From Leucoraja ocellata (Eukaryota), in contig JAWMAR010000513.1 of the NCBI GenBank assembly GCA_036785375.1, forward strand, positions 1-64,000: DNA of 64,000 bases, given 5' to 3'. Both the position numbers and the translations under genes were made by a program. Shown piece after piece: positions 36,401 through 49,669 of the stretch. Positions within the stretch are counted from its first letter, which is position 1. Every line of letters begins with the position of its first letter. The notes below the pieces were generated by a model. The model did not search any database and was not told where the DNA came from. It saw only the letters and a program-made list of their open reading frames with translations.

Positions 36401-38079
36401 AAACTAAACTAAAACTAAGATGACTCCCAGTGGGCATTTAAGATCTGGAAAACATAGAGTGAGTGGTGCCGTGTGGCATTCTGACATAATTTAAGAAATA
36501 CTTAGATTTTTAGGTTAGAGATACAGCGTGGAAACAGGCCCTTCGGCCCAATGAGTCTGCAATGACCATTGATCACCCATTCACCCAATTAAGAGAGAGT
36601 TAGATAGATCACCCATTTAAGAGAGAGTTAGATAGAGCTCTAGGGGCGAATGGAGTCAAGTGATATGGGGAGAAGGCAGGCACGGGTTATTGATAGGGGA
36701 CGATCAGCCATGATCACAATGAATGGCAGTGCAGGCTCGAAGGGCCGAATGGCCTCCTCCTGCACCTATTTTCTATGTTTCTATGTTTCACACAACTTCA
36801 ATGTTAGCCCACATTCACATCCTACATACTAGGGGCAATGCACAGTAGCCGATTAACCTACAATAATGTGCGTCTTTGGAATGTTGGTGGAAACCCGAGC
36901 ACCCGGAAGAAACCCACGCAGTCACAGGGAGAGTGTGCAAACTCCACATGGGCAGCACCCATAGTCAGGATTGAACCTGGGTCTCTGGCGCTGTAAGGCA
37001 GCAACTCTACAACTGCGCCACTGGATTCCTGATGAGCTTTGGAATGGCCAGTCTGTTGAAGACTACAGGTGAGGTGCTGTAAATGGGATGGGCTGCCCGA
37101 TGGCCAGCAGGGACCTGGTGAGCTGAAGGGCCCACCTTTGTGCTGATAACTGTGAATGTACTCATGTTGTGTTTATCCTGCCAGTCAACTGGACCATGAT
37201 TCAGCACTTACGGCCTGCCTTCAAAATATCACTGGAGTTTGACTTTAACTCAAAGGATGGGGTTTCATCAGTAGCTTCACATTGGCAGGCAGGAATATTG
37301 ATTTGATAGGTAGAGATGCAAAAGTAAATCTTAATTTAATTCTCTCCTTCTGGTGTGACATTCACTGGACACAGATGCAAGGGTGCTGGGAGTGAGTGTG
37401 TACCAAGAATAACCCATCCAGGTCACACTGGCACCTCAAAGGCAGAGGCCCCATTATGTAGACCTTATAATTCTGATCATGTAATTAAGATGAATGGAAG
37501 CACAAGATGGATTTTAAACCTTTGAAAACAATGGCAGAGTAGACTTGATGGGCCAAATGGCCTAATTCTGCTCCTATAATTTATAAAGACAACATTTATT
37601 TGTGTGTTACAAAGTCATACCTGCTCCCAGCAAACTAGGGCTTGTGGACTTGCGTTACCAGCCGCTGGGCTGCCTCAGTTCATTTGCAAAGTTACGGAAT
37701 CTGTTGCACAAAAGGGGTCTGTCGCTGCTGTAAAGCCCTAGGTCTCTCCCTCTCGCTGTTGGAACTTTCCACAATGGAAACGTATTGTTTACTGGGGATC
37801 TATGTTGCGCATGAGGCACTGTAGACTGGAAGGTACGGACCGGGGCCCTAGTTGTGGTGAGCCTGGAGCTCATGGTGGGAAAGTGAGATGCTGTGGGGAT
37901 TTGATAGCCCACAGCCCCACGTCAGCTGTCCACAGGGTATCAGGGATATTTATTGTGGCTTTGTGATGGGTAGTCCTGCCTGCTGGTGCTATTGCACTAC
38001 ATGTTATTCCTAGGGAATGATATGTCTGGTTTTTCCTCAATACGTGTGGGAAGGAACTGCAGATGCTGGTTTACATTAC

Positions 38080-38586
38080 ATTACATGGGAACATTACCAT
38101 CTGGTTTGGGAAATGCTCTGCCAAGGACAAGAAGGCTCTGCAGAGAGTAGTGCGTTCGGCCGAACGCACTATGGGAACTTCACTCACCCCCCTGCAGGAA
38201 CTATACAAACGGAGGTGCAACTCCAGAGCAAACAAAATCATGAGTGACCCCTTCCACCCCTGCAACGGACTGTTCCAGCTGCTACGGTCAGGCAAACGCC
38301 TCCGTTGCCATGCGGTGAGAACGGAGAGGTTAAGAAGGAGTTTCATCCCAGAGGCAATTCGGACTGTAAACTCCTATCTCACCAGGGACTAACTCTACAG
38401 AACGTTTTTCCTTCCATTATTTATTATGTAGAAGAATATGTGTGTTATGATTGTGTTTATAATTTGTTTGGTTGTTTTGTTGTTTGTCTTTTGCACAAAA
38501 GTCCGCGAGCATTGCCACTTTCATTTCACTGCACATCTCGTATGTGTATGTGACAAATAAACTTGACTTGACTTGACTTGACTTGA
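38080..38586 (+). mobile_element. Rex1/Babar LINE 3' end inserted into a Penelope terminal module
   Basis: ITIWFGKCSAKDKKALQRVVRSAERTMG..PFHPCNGLFQLLRSGKRLR...RTERLRRSFIPEAIR, (CTTGA)n tail; the flanks join to ggaactgcagatgctggtttacattgaagacagacacaaaaagctgg. Confidence 0.9.
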
Positions 38587-39559
38587 CATTGAAGACAGAC
38601 ACAAAAAGCTGGAGCAACTCAGCGGGACAGGCGGCATCTCTGGAGAGAAGAAATGGGTGACATTTCGGGTCGAGACCCGAAATCTGAAGAAGGGTCTCAA
38701 TCCGAAACGTCACCCATTCCTTCTCTCCAGATTCCCTAGGAATAACATGCCCTCTACTGGTGCTGAATAGTAATTGCAGAGGTTGTCAGAATTCATTTAG
38801 TTCTCTGTTATCCAAGAGAAAAGGATGAGTGGAAATCCTCAATTTTCCACTGAATTTTTTTAAACTGATAGAGGATTCTGGGCAAAACTATTTTTCAATA
38901 AGTTATCCACCTCCATGGAATCTTGGAGTCAGAAGTTTTTACCGACATGGTGGTACCTCTCCTCGATTTGATCTTGACTATGGGTGCAATCTGTGTGCAG
39001 TTTGAAGGTATCTCTTATGATAACATGGAGGATTACTGCCAGTGCGCTGGTTTTCTTCCACATGCCAAAGACATGCTGGTAAGTTGATTGCTAACTATAA
39101 ACTACCGTTTGGTGTAATGGCATGACAAAGAGGATCAGAGGTGATTTTACGGGCATGTAAGAGAGGGCAAGCTGCACGTCTCAGGGAAATACGGAGAGGG
39201 CTGTTAGGACTTAAGGGCTTTTCTGCTGGGAGCTAGCATGGAGCCAATGGGCAGAATGTCCTCCTCTGTCATAATTAGTAAGTAAGACGTGCAAGAAGTG
39301 TCAGACAAGTCCAAACAAAAGTCGTGAGCATGAAGCTTGGAATTCAGCCAAAACTATTTGGAGAGCACAAGGTTTTAGAGCAGGTCAGGAGGCAACATCT
39401 CTCAAGGACATGGATCATCGATGTTTCAAGTTGGGACCCTTCTTCAGACTGACCTGCTGTCTTACTCTAGCACTTTGGTGTTTCTTTTGTAAACTCGCGT
39501 TAGCACTTCCTTGTGTCTCCATTATTTAAAGAGCATTTATTTCACTCTTTAGGACTACT

Positions 39560-40042
39560 GTATCCGTTGTTCAATATGCGGACTCTTATACGTCGATGAG
39601 ACCAAATATAGACTGGGCGATCGTTTTGCTGAACACCTTCGCTCAGTCCGCCTGATCTCTCGGTTGCCAAACACTTTAATTCCCCTTCCCATTCTCACAC
39701 TGACCTTTCTGTAGGCCTCCTCCATTGCCATAGTGAGGCTAATCGCAAATGAGAGGAGCAGCAGCTCATATTTCGCTTGGGCAGCTTACAACCCAGTGGT
39801 ATGAATATTGATTTCTCTGACTTCAAGTAACCCCTGCACTCCCTCTCTCTCCATCCCTCCTCCACCCCAGTCGCACCAGGTTCCCGTTTGTTCTATATCG
39901 TTCTACATCACCATCTATATCTCTCGTTTCCTTTTCCCCTGACGTTCAGTCTGAAGAAGGGTCTCGATCCGAAACGTTGCACATACCTTCTGTACAGAGA
40001 TGCTGCCTGTCCCGCTGAGTTACTCCAGCATTTTGTGTCTAT
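39560..40042 (+). mobile_element. Penelope-like 3' fragment (GIY-YIG plus terminal module)
   Basis: YCIRCSICGLLYVDETKYRLGDRFAEHLRSV; hammerhead-like core ctgaagaagggtctcgatccgaaacgtt at 39951. Confidence 0.85.
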
Positions 40043-40139
40043 CATTAAATTAACTATTGGATTGTGTCATGCCACAATAACATTTTTATTGTTAAATCTA
40101 CTATTACCAATTTGCAACTGTTTGATGCACATCTTTGCG

Positions 40140-42780
40140 AGCAAGAGCAGAACTGCAGAGACGAGTGTGAAGGACCTATCTATGACAAAAGGGGTAAACC
40201 ATGTTAACTAAAGAATGAGGACATCTCTGATGTCTTTGTAAGGATAATCACATTTTAGGAGCAGATGCGGCGGAGACGGAGTAATCGAGAGTCATGTTTG
40301 CAAGAGGCAGGGTTTGCATGTTTGCAAAAGGAAGTGTAGTCCAGAAAACTGGGAGTCGGTAGGTTTGTAGTAGATGTCAGTCCATCACCTCTCTCCTGTG
40401 ATGGAGACAGAGAATTCAGGAAAGGGGAGGTATCAGAGATAGTCCAGATGAATTTGTGGGGAGGGTGGATGTTAGTGGTGAGGTTAATAAAGTCCATGAG
40501 TTCTGCACGGATGCAGGAGGTAGCCCGGATGCGCTTGTCTATGTAGTGGAGAAAGAGTTGGAGGATAGGGCCAGCGTATGCCTGGGAGTGGCCTGTTTGA
40601 CGTAACCCACAAAACGCTGGCATAGCTGGGGCCCACGTGAGTGCCAATAACACAAGTGCCCTTTGATTTGGAGCAAGTGTGAGGAGTCAAAGGGGAAGTT
40701 GTTGAGTGTGAGGCCAAGTTCCGCCAGGCACAGGAAGGCGTTAGTAGAAGGAAATTGGTTGGATCTTTGTTCAAGGAAGAAGCGGAGAGCCTTGAGACCT
40801 TCCTAGTGGGGGGATGGAGTGAAGAGGGACTGGTTGTCCATGGTAACGGTGAGTGAATGGGGGTCTGGAAATGGAAAGTTAGTAAAGAGTTGAAGGGGGT
40901 GTGATCTAGGTGGGAAGGGATTGGACAAAGGGGGGGGGATAAGATAGAATCGAGGTATGTGGAGATGAGTTTTGTGGGCAGGATCAGGCTGAAACCATGG
41001 GTCTGCCATGGCTGTCCTGTTTGTGGATTTTGGGAAGGAGATAGAAGCAGGCAGTGCGGGGCTGGGGAATAATGAAGTTGGAGGCTGTGGAGGCTAGATC
41101 GATCGGCAGAAGTGATGAAGTCAGAGGCAATCTCTGAGATGATGGCCTGGTGCTCATCTCTGGGGCTCATGGTCAAGGGGAAGGTATGAGGAGGTGTCTG
41201 AGAGCTGGCGCCTGGCCCCAGCATGGTGACGGTCAGTCTGCCAGAGTATAACTGCACCTCCCTTGTTGTTGGGTTTAATGATAATGTCGGGATTGTTACG
41301 AAGTGAGCGGTGAGCTTTGCGTTCGGAGGGGGTGAGATTGGAGTGGGTACGGGGAGTAGAAAAGTCAAGACGGTTGATGTCTCACCGGCTGTTGAAAATA
41401 TAAAGCTCCAGAGAGGGTAGAATGCCGTCCGGGGTAGTCCAAGAGGGGGAGGAATGGTGGAGGTGGGAGAATGGGTCATCACTGGGTGGTGAGGACTCCT
41501 TCCCATAGAAATAGTCCTGTAGGTGGAGGCGATGGAAGAAGGAGTACCACATCATGGTGGGCCCAGAATGTGCGAGGTTGGGGCGGAGGGGAAGGAAAGT
41601 GAGGCCTCTGTTGAGGACAGACCGTTCCGTATCGCAAAGAGGGAGGTCAGTGGTGGTTGTAAAAACACGACAGTGGTGAGGGCTGGGGTCAGAGGGCAGC
41701 AGGGGGGTGGGAGGGGTCTTGACGAGGTGCTGTGGGTTCAGAGAGGAGGGGGATAGGTGTAGGGGGTAGTAGGAGTGGTGTGGTTTACAGAGGGGGAAGG
41801 GCAGTAGGACCCAGTGGTAGCAGTGCAGTGGAGAGATACGTTTTTTTGGCCTTCCATCACAGCGATGTGATGGATGTTTATGTAAAATGTAAATTATGTT
41901 GTGTCTTGGGTCTATTTGTTTGTAATGTATGGCTGCAGAAAACGGCATTTCGTTTGGACCTCAAGGGGTCCAAATGACAATTAAATTGAATTGAATTGAA
42001 TTGAATTAGCATCATAGAGGTTTCATGTTGGAAGAGGGGAGCACTAGGACCCAGGAGAGTCAGAGCACATGGTGTTGGAGCTGCCAGTGTGGAGGCTGTG
42101 GGCCTGGAGCTGAGCCTAGATCTCAGGTGAGTCGACGGCTGGGGCCTGCTGGTGAGCGGAGGAGGGGCGAGGGTCAGCCCAGTCAAAGGTCGTGGTCCAC
42201 AGAGGGCTGGAGTGCAGGTGAGGGCCGGTGGTGAAGTTGCACCGTTGACCCCGGCCAGTGAGTGGCCCTGGAGGTGGTGAGAGTCGGAGAGGCGGTGAGT
42301 GTTGGTGCTGCTCCTCGTGGCGGTGATGGCGTTCCTGGTGGTCGGGCAGGCAGCGCGGTGCAGCGGTGGAGCCACGGGCCTGCGGACGGTCGAGTCGAAC
42401 AGTGTCGGTGGAGGCTTGTGGTCCTTAGTGGAATCCAGGTAGATGTGGAAGTGTTTATTGAAGGCCTGGATCTGGTGTCGAATGAAGTAAAGTTGGGGTC
42501 CATTGCAGGCGTGGGTGAGTGTGGCCGGGAGCTACGGGAGAGTCAGCGCGAGGGCCTGGTGATGCTGGCGCATCGCTGCCAGTGTGGAACGCAGGGCACG
42601 GAAGGACAATGTTGCGAAAAGCGGTGAATTGACTGTCGGTATCTGTAATCCGGGTTGGTCCGAACTGCGCGAACAGGATCCGTAGTTAGAAGCCCCGAGA
42701 CAGAAGACGGAGGCGCAGGCAAGTACTGAAGAAACACACGTGGCTGTGGTAGCGAGTCCTTGAGGAGAATTTGCCGTGGA
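40140..42780 (-). mobile_element. Degenerate Penelope-like element, N-terminal region and RT
   Basis: Frameshifted fragments VLNRGLTFLPLRP, IKPNNKGGAV, LLPKIHKQDSHGRP, TMDNQSLFT, ELMDFINLTTNIHP..KF.WTISDTS, LRLRRICS. Confidence 0.85.
41820..42007 (+). mobile_element. Short non-autonomous element with (AATTG)n tail nested in the PLE
   Basis: gtgcagtggagagatacgttttttggccttccatcacagc core shared with 51620-51705; tail ggacctcaaggggtccaaatgacaattaaa plus (TTGAA)n. Confidence 0.7.
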
Positions 42781-42882
42781 GTTGACAAATTGTAATAAAA
42801 GGAACTGCAGATGTTTGTTTATATTAAAGATAGACACTAAATGCTGGGGAACTCTGTGTCCCGGCACAAAACATCACCTGTC

Positions 42883-43220
42883 CAATTTCTCAAGAGATGC
42901 TGAGTTCCCCAGTACCCGGACGAGGCGTCGAAGGACGAGAAGCCGAAGCGAAGAATTGGAAGCCAAATTACCGAACGGATACAACGCTGAGGCCTGCTGG
43001 TGAGCGGGGGAGGGGCGAGGGTCAGTGGTCCGCAGAGGGCTGGATTGCAGGTGAGGGCCGGTGGTGAAGTTGCACCGTTGACCCCGGCATCGTGCCCTTT
43101 CGGTTATTTGGCTTTTCGACGTCATGGCCGTACGGTATCTTGGCTTCCACTTCTTCATTTCGGCTTCTCATCCTTCGACCTCCTGTCCGGGTACCGGGGA
43201 ACTCATCATCTCTGGAGAAA
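42883..43220. repeat. Inverted repeat (arms about 95 bp) enclosing a duplicated PLE segment
   Basis: 42883-42978 is approximately the reverse complement of 43128-43220; spacer 42990-43088 copies 42143-42255 with a short deletion. Confidence 0.75.
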
Positions 43221-44375
43221 TTTTGTGTTGGGAACCTTCTTCAGACTGTGGTGGGGAGGGGGGGGGGACTGGTAGCAAGAAAAGACCAGGATAAATCGGG
43301 GATGGTAACAGATGATCTCAGGCTGGGAAGATGCCTGATATGCCAATTGTGTGATCTCAAGAGGGATACCTCGTTGTGTTGTTGCAAACTGTGAAACGAG
43401 TCAACTGACTTTTAGTGGAGAAAGAGGAGCGGGGGGGGGGGGGAGGTTGTAGAAGTCTGGAAAGAAATATAAGGCTCATAAGTGATTTCTTACTGAAACA
43501 AATTGTTTTATTGTGATCATTCATCTAAAGCTTTTTGTAAGGTTGCATTAGGGAAGATTATTCAATAAAAATAATGTGAATAGTGGGGAATGAACATTTG
43601 TAGTAACTGATGACACATTAACCATGCCCAGATCAGGAATGGGTTAGAAATGACGTAAATCTCCCTCTATTCAAGTGCTTCTGAGGTAAGTTATTTTCCC
43701 CAGTGAGATCTTTCATCAGATATCATAGTAGTCAGCCTGCCACTGTCTGAAGAAGTGTCTCGACCCAAAACATCCTATTCCTTTTCTCCAGATATGCTGC
43801 CTGCCCGGTTGAGTTTCTCCAGCTTTTTGCGTCTGTCTCTAGCCATTTGTTAGTTGCTACTTCCCCGGCGATAGAAAATTTCTTAGTTCCTTCTTCCCAT
43901 CTGACTTCCATTTACAGCTGTTTCTGGGAATGTTACTTGTGTCCTTCAATATGAAGACTAATGTGAAATGCCTCCAAATCATCGAGCAGCCCCATATTTT
44001 CCATTATTAATTCCTGGACCCGCACTGTAGGGGCAATGCTTACTCTGTTTACACTGAACACTTGCGCTCAGTTTGCCAAAGCCTATTGGATTTCCTGGTT
44101 GCCACCCATTTTAACTCTCCATTTTCATATTGACCTTTATGTCCTGGGCCTCCTCCACTGCCAGAGCGAGGCCACACGCAAACTGGAGGAACAGCAGCAA
44201 ATAACGACCAGACGGAGTACAGGAAGGAGACTGAGAGCCTCGTAACCTCGTTTCACCCTTCCCTCAATGTCAGCAAGACAAAGGAGATTGTGATTGAGTA
44301 CAGGAAGAGAAGCAGTGCACATACCCCGGTATACATTAACGGCGCCAAACAAGAGATAGTTCAAAGCTTCAAGTT

Positions 44376-45557
44376 TCGGTTTTTTTTGCTCGTTTTGTTT
44401 ATTTTATTAGAAGTTAATACAGTACAAAACAGTACAGTGGAACCTAATTTTAGGTGCCAACTATGTAATACCGTAATCCATTCTATGTACAACCTCTAGT
44501 TTTATGTTATGAAAAGGAAGTAAGCAAGACAAGAAAAAGAAAACAATAGAAAGAGGAAAAAGTGGAAAAATAGATGGTAGAGAATAGAAAAAAATGTGAG
44601 GTGTGTATATAAAAAATAAAAAAGAAAAAGAAAAAGTGGAAAGTAGAAATAGAAGAGAATGCCCCTTAAAAGAGAATTTTTCAAATCTATATTCGGAGAT
44701 GTAGATCTATCCACGTCATGAACTGAAATCAGCAATCTTTACGGTACCGCTGCATCACATGATTCCAAATAGTCGATGAAAGGAGACCAACTCCTTAAGA
44801 ATTGGTCATATTTATCTATTAGTCGGAGTCTCATTTCTTCAAGGCGTGCTATGTCCATCATATTCCTAATCCACATTTTAACAGTTGGTATGGTTGTATT
44901 TTTCCAAAATTTAAGTATCAATTTCTTTCCAATTATTAACCCATAATTAAAAAAAAAACATTTTGGTCTTTATTTAAATTGGTATCTTCTCCTATTATTC
45001 CAAATATAATTCATTCCGTTTTGGGTTCTATTCTTGACTTGAAAAGCTTTGTAAATATATCAAATATATCACCCCAAACTGTATTCAACTTTGTACATCC
45101 TACAAATGAATGTGTTATATTAGCGTTTTGAAACAAACATTTATCGCATCTGGGAGAGACGTTTGGATAAAATTTATTCAACCTCGTTTTTGAATAATAT
45201 AGTCTATGTAATAATTTGAATTGATTTAAATTATGTCTGGCATTAATAGAACAGTTATGTGTATTCATCAAATACTTTTCCCATCTATCCTTCGAGATCT
45301 TTATCATTAGCTCATGTTCCCAATCTTCCCTTAGTGCTTCTGTTGAGGGTGATTCTCTATTTAATATATTATTATAAAAGTATGATATTAATTTTTGTGA
45401 ATCAGCCTTAATATTCATTGCTTCTTCTAAAGGGTCTAAAAATATAGTTTGAAATCTATGTGTATATTTCTTCATAAAGTCACATACCTGTATATATTTA
45501 AAATATTGATTATCCTTCAATTTAAATTTTAATTTTAATTGTTGAAATGATAACAGT
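44376..45557 (-). mobile_element. L1-clade LINE 3' end with zf-RVT/CCHC region, inserted into a Rex1 fragment
   Basis: SFQQLKLKFKL..YFKYIQV..WEHEL..CSINARHNLNQFKLLHRLYYS..RCDKC....ITHSFVGCTKL..W, KKLILKFWK..PTVKMW; A-rich tail; TSD ttcaagtt at 44368-44375 and 45558-45565; Rex1 sequence continues on both sides (44195-44375 and 45558-45830). Confidence 0.9.
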
Positions 45558-45832
45558 TTCAAGTTCTTAGGAGTCAATATTAGACCAGCAACTTGTCCTG
45601 AACCAGCCATATCAAAGCAATGGCCAAGAAAACACATCAAAGCCTTTACTGCCTTTGAAGGCTTTGGAAGTTCGGCATGTCCCCTACTACTCTCGCCAAC
45701 TTCCACAGATGAGATGTAGAAAGCATCTTATCGGGATGCCACACAGCATGGTTAGGGAACAGCTCTACCCAAGACCGCAAGAAATTGCAGAGTTGTGGAC
45801 ATAGCCTAGACAATCACACAAACCAACCTCGC

Positions 45833-45999
45833 CATGTCGCCAGGGGGTCGCCTGTATGGTCGTGAGTCGTCTCCTAGTCACCCAAAGAGTCGTAGCGCCT
45901 TTCTGGTCGGCGCTGAATTTTCAACATGTTGAACATTTTCGGCGACCTATGACGGGTGCCGGCAGTCACCGAAAAAGTGGCGTAAGTGGGACAGGCCCT
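45833..45999. mobile_element. Right half of a Harbinger-type MITE
   Basis: Ends with taagtgggacaggccct; internal sequence matches 56813-56967. Confidence 0.75.
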
Positions 46000-47675
46000 T
46001 TTTAGAGAGGAGAGTGGACACAGGATGTGAGAATTGGACACCTACAAATCTGTAAACGTCATCATGTCAAAGGTTCTTGGTGGAGGATGTCACAGTTCAA
46101 ACCGTAATTAATCTTTAAACCATCAAAAGTAATATATTAATCGTTATATGGACTTCCAATACGTCCTCTTGGAATGTGTACTAGAGAAATAACAGAATCT
46201 TAATGAGATTTTGAAAAAAGTATTAAAAGCATCCAGTAAATGGCAGAATCAAGAGGACTGGCATAACTCAAAGATGAGCATCTAAATGTAAAAATAAATT
46301 ATTTAAATAAATAAAACATCATTGACTAGGTAAACAGATTTGAACTAGATGCTCAATAAAATAATACGCACGTGGCACTCAAACAAGGACTATCCCTTGA
46401 TAGTGACATAGAAAAACCTAAAGTCTGTAAGCACCCTGTCAAAGGATGTTGCCCTTAATAAAATATTTTGCAACAAAATGGTAAATCTAACAAGATTTGT
46501 CCAATGAAGTATGTTCCTGCCTGCATTTTTGCTCCTGATGAGAAAATAAGTTTAACAGCATTGGGCTCCTTATTAAAGCAGTGAGGCTCACGTGTAACAA
46601 CGCTAGCCATTACGTACGCACTGATTCTTATTAAATCATTGATTTTCACAAACCTCACTGCTACTGTATTCCTTAAAAGAGCATTAGTACTTAAATGATA
46701 GAGGTTGACTCCCAAATCTTTCGATCAATGAAAAACAAGCGTGGGGGATGGGTATTGAACATGTGGAGGACAGTGTATTGTCATAAATATAGATAGCTCT
46801 CTTGGATATGTGTTATCTGCATTATTCTGTGTCATTAGTGGAAATTCTCATGATGCAAAGGTCTATTTTTGACATGCTACGTGTTTGGAAAAAAGCCAAT
46901 CTGCGTCTTAATCAGTCGATTGAATTTCTTCCATTAGACAATACAAAATTTTCACTTGTTTTAATCCCTTCACAAAATTCACACAATGAAATCAGTATAC
47001 GGACTGAACGGTTCCCGGGAACAGTTATCTCAGCCTGTGACCGTAGGCATTTGAAACAGAAAGGGCTTTGTAGTGGCCCTGACAAACACTGAATAGAGGC
47101 CAGGGATCGAGAACCAGAGAGGGGGAGGGAGTGTTCCCAGCGCATGTCAAAAATGGCACGACCCACCCCGTTCGATTTACAGATTGCACTGATATGACTT
47201 GCCTTCGTGAGTGAGTGAGTGAGGTTCTACACTCACATGATGGCGTGAAGTAAAATGTTGCATTATTCGGTCTGAATAACTCGGGGCTGGAAACAGTGGG
47301 GCAACTGTTGTATACTGCGCCGCACTGCTTTGAACCCTTGTTTTGTTTTCAATGGCTGTTAGTCATAAGGCAGTTAGGTGGCAACGGATGCCCTGAAGCT
47401 GGGGCCATGACACTGAAAAGACTAAACAAAATGTTTTGCTGTTTCCGCCAGGATGTTCAACCAGCCTGAGGTTTGAGCTGCAGTAAGTGCGCTCCGTTCT
47501 GAAGAAGCTATGCTGAATTGTTCCTGTGGCGGTGGATGGGTTGCTGAGGGGAGGTGAGGGAGCTGGAGACTGCAGTCACCTTCTTTCCGCCGATGAAAGC
47601 AGAGTGGCGAGAGCAGGCCACAAGCTCACCACCTCAGGCCCACAAAATCCATGGAGGGGAGGGTTTCAACAGTAA

Positions 47676-47876
47676 AGGGCCTGTTCCACTTGGGCATCAT
47701 TTGCGCGTCATTTACGTGACGACATTTACGTGTCACGATGCACGACGCGCACGTGATGCGCGCACGGTGCGTGGTGACGTAGGTAGTGACGCACGGACAT
47801 GCGCAGCGCCCCAGGATTTAGGGATGTACAAAATCTTCGCTCACCATCTGCGTGACGCGCAAATGGGACAGGCCCT
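47676..47876. mobile_element. PIF/Harbinger-type MITE, CpG-rich
   Basis: agggcctgttccactt ... aaatgggacaggccct termini; TAA TSD at 47673-47675 and 47877-47879. Confidence 0.82.
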
Positions 47877-48691
47877 TAACAAATCCCCAGGAGACTGCAG
47901 GTTTTGTCGCTGAAGTTTGAACAATAATTTGTCAACAAGAACTTTTATCTCCCGTTCTTGAACTTTTATCTCCTGTCTGTATTATGTTTACATATTCTGT
48001 TGTGCTGCAGCAAGTAAGAATTTAATTGTCCTATCTGGGTGCCGCCACCGAAGCCGAGGTGCCGGGCGGTCCCCGCCAGGAAACGGCGCTCCATGCCCGC
48101 TGGTAGGCCACGAGGACGGGTTGACGGGGCAGCCCGGAGAAAAAGCTGCCTCACCGACCAGGTAGGGACCTAGAAGTATAATTACCTTCTTCCCCCCACA
48201 TTAAAAAGTCCATTCTCCAACAAACAAAGGACAGGACTCACTAAAACTCCAAAAAACTCCCCAAAAAAAAGTGAGTTAAACGGACGGCTGCTGGTTAGCA
48301 GCCGTTCCCCAAGATGGCTCCTCCCATTATTCATGCAATGACGTTGGTGTGGTGGGTAATTTAAAGAAGATGCTTGGTCTGTGCTGGGTCCGTTGTCATG
48401 GGTACAGAGAGAGTGGAGCCAGTGTCTGAGCGCTGATGGCCAGTCAGGAGGAGATGTTTTTGCCAATCCCCACGTATTGGGGCCTGCCTGGAGAGGAAGT
48501 CAAGGATCCAAAGATAGACACAAAATGCTGGAGTAACTCAGCGGAACAGGCGGCATCTCTGGATAGAAGGAATAGGTGACATTTTGGGGTGAGATGGTTC
48601 TTCAGACCTTCGATGTATACCAGCATCTGCAGTTCCTTCCTACACATGTCAAGGATCCAGTTGCATAGGGATGAGCAGAGACTCAGTTTCA

Positions 48692-49440
48692 GTTGGTTTT
48701 GAGTTTAGTTTATTGTCACGTGTACCGAGGTACAGTGAAAAGCTTTTATTGCGTGCTAACCAGTCAGTGGAAAGACAATACATGATTTCAATCGAGCCAT
48801 CCACAGTGTACAGATACATAATAAAGCAAATGAAGTGAATAACGTTTAGTGCAAAATATAGTCCAGTAAAGTCCAATCAAAGATAGTCTGAGGGTCTCCA
48901 GTGAGGTAGATAGTAGCTTAGGAGCACTCTCTAGTTGTTGGTAGGATGGTTCAGTTACCGGATAACAGCTGGGAAGAAACAGTCCCTGAATCTGGTGGTG
49001 TGCGTTTTCACACTCCTGTTCCTCGTGTCTAATGGGAAAGGGGAGAAGAGGGAGCGACCAGGGTGTGCCTCACCCTTGATTATGCTGGTGGCCTTGCCGA
49101 GGCAGTGTGAGGTGTAGATGGACTCAATGGAAGGGTGGTTGGTTTGTGTGATGGGCTGGGCTGTGCCCACAATTCTCTGCAATTTCTTGCCGTCTTGGAT
49201 GGAGCTGTTCCCAAACCATGCTGTGATGCACTCTGATAAAATGCCTTCCACGGCGCATCTGTAGAAGTTGGTGAGAGCTGTCGGGGACTTGCCGAACTTC
49301 CCAGCCTTCTCAGGAAGTAGAAGCATTGTTGTGCTTTCTTGGCCTTTGCATCAATATGGGTGGTTCCGGACAAGTTGCTGGTGATATTAACTCCTAGGTA
49401 TTTGAAGCTTTCAACCATCTCTACTTGGGTGCCATCAGTG
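48692..49440 (-). mobile_element. Rex1/Babar LINE 3' end
   Basis: VESFKYLGVNITSNLS..HID...KKAQQCFYFLRRL; LTNFYRCAVEGILSECITAWFGNSSIQDGKKLQRIV..HPGRSLFSPFP...RSVKTHTTRFRDCFFPAVIR; 3' tail. Confidence 0.9.
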
Positions 49441-49669
49441 TTTGTTTATACCGAAGACAGACACAAAATGCTGGATTAACTCTAGGTCTCAAGGTTCAAG
49501 GTCAGTTTATTGTCACGTGTACCAATTAAGGAACAGTGAAATTCAAATTACCATACAGCCATACAAAAAAAAAGCAACAACTACATAAAAGTTAACATAA
49601 ACATCCACCACAGTGGATTCCCCACATTCCTCACTGTGATGGAAGGCAATAAAGTCCATCTTCTTCCTC

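Noticed and set aside
40484-41506. 340-aa ORF on the minus strand
   Set aside because: Mostly an off-frame reading of a decayed Penelope RT region; low complexity and not a host gene.
29689-42780. The two minus-strand PLE pieces (42780-40208 and 30730-29689) look like halves of one element split by a 9.5-kb insert carrying the GPCR, with a 24-bp shared junction (ctaaagaatgaggacatctc.gat)
   Set aside because: Homology of the right-hand copy continues past the junction to about 40140, and that copy is much more decayed, so they are independent insertions overlapping in consensus coordinates.
45011-45706. 231-aa ORF that looks like a novel protein
   Set aside because: Chance fusion of antisense Rex1 sequence with the L1 ORF2 C-terminus across the insertion junction.
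47452-47482. 31-nt micro-exon candidate (ttgctgtttccgccag ... gtaagt)
   Set aside because: No recognisable peptide or partner exon; such sites occur by chance.
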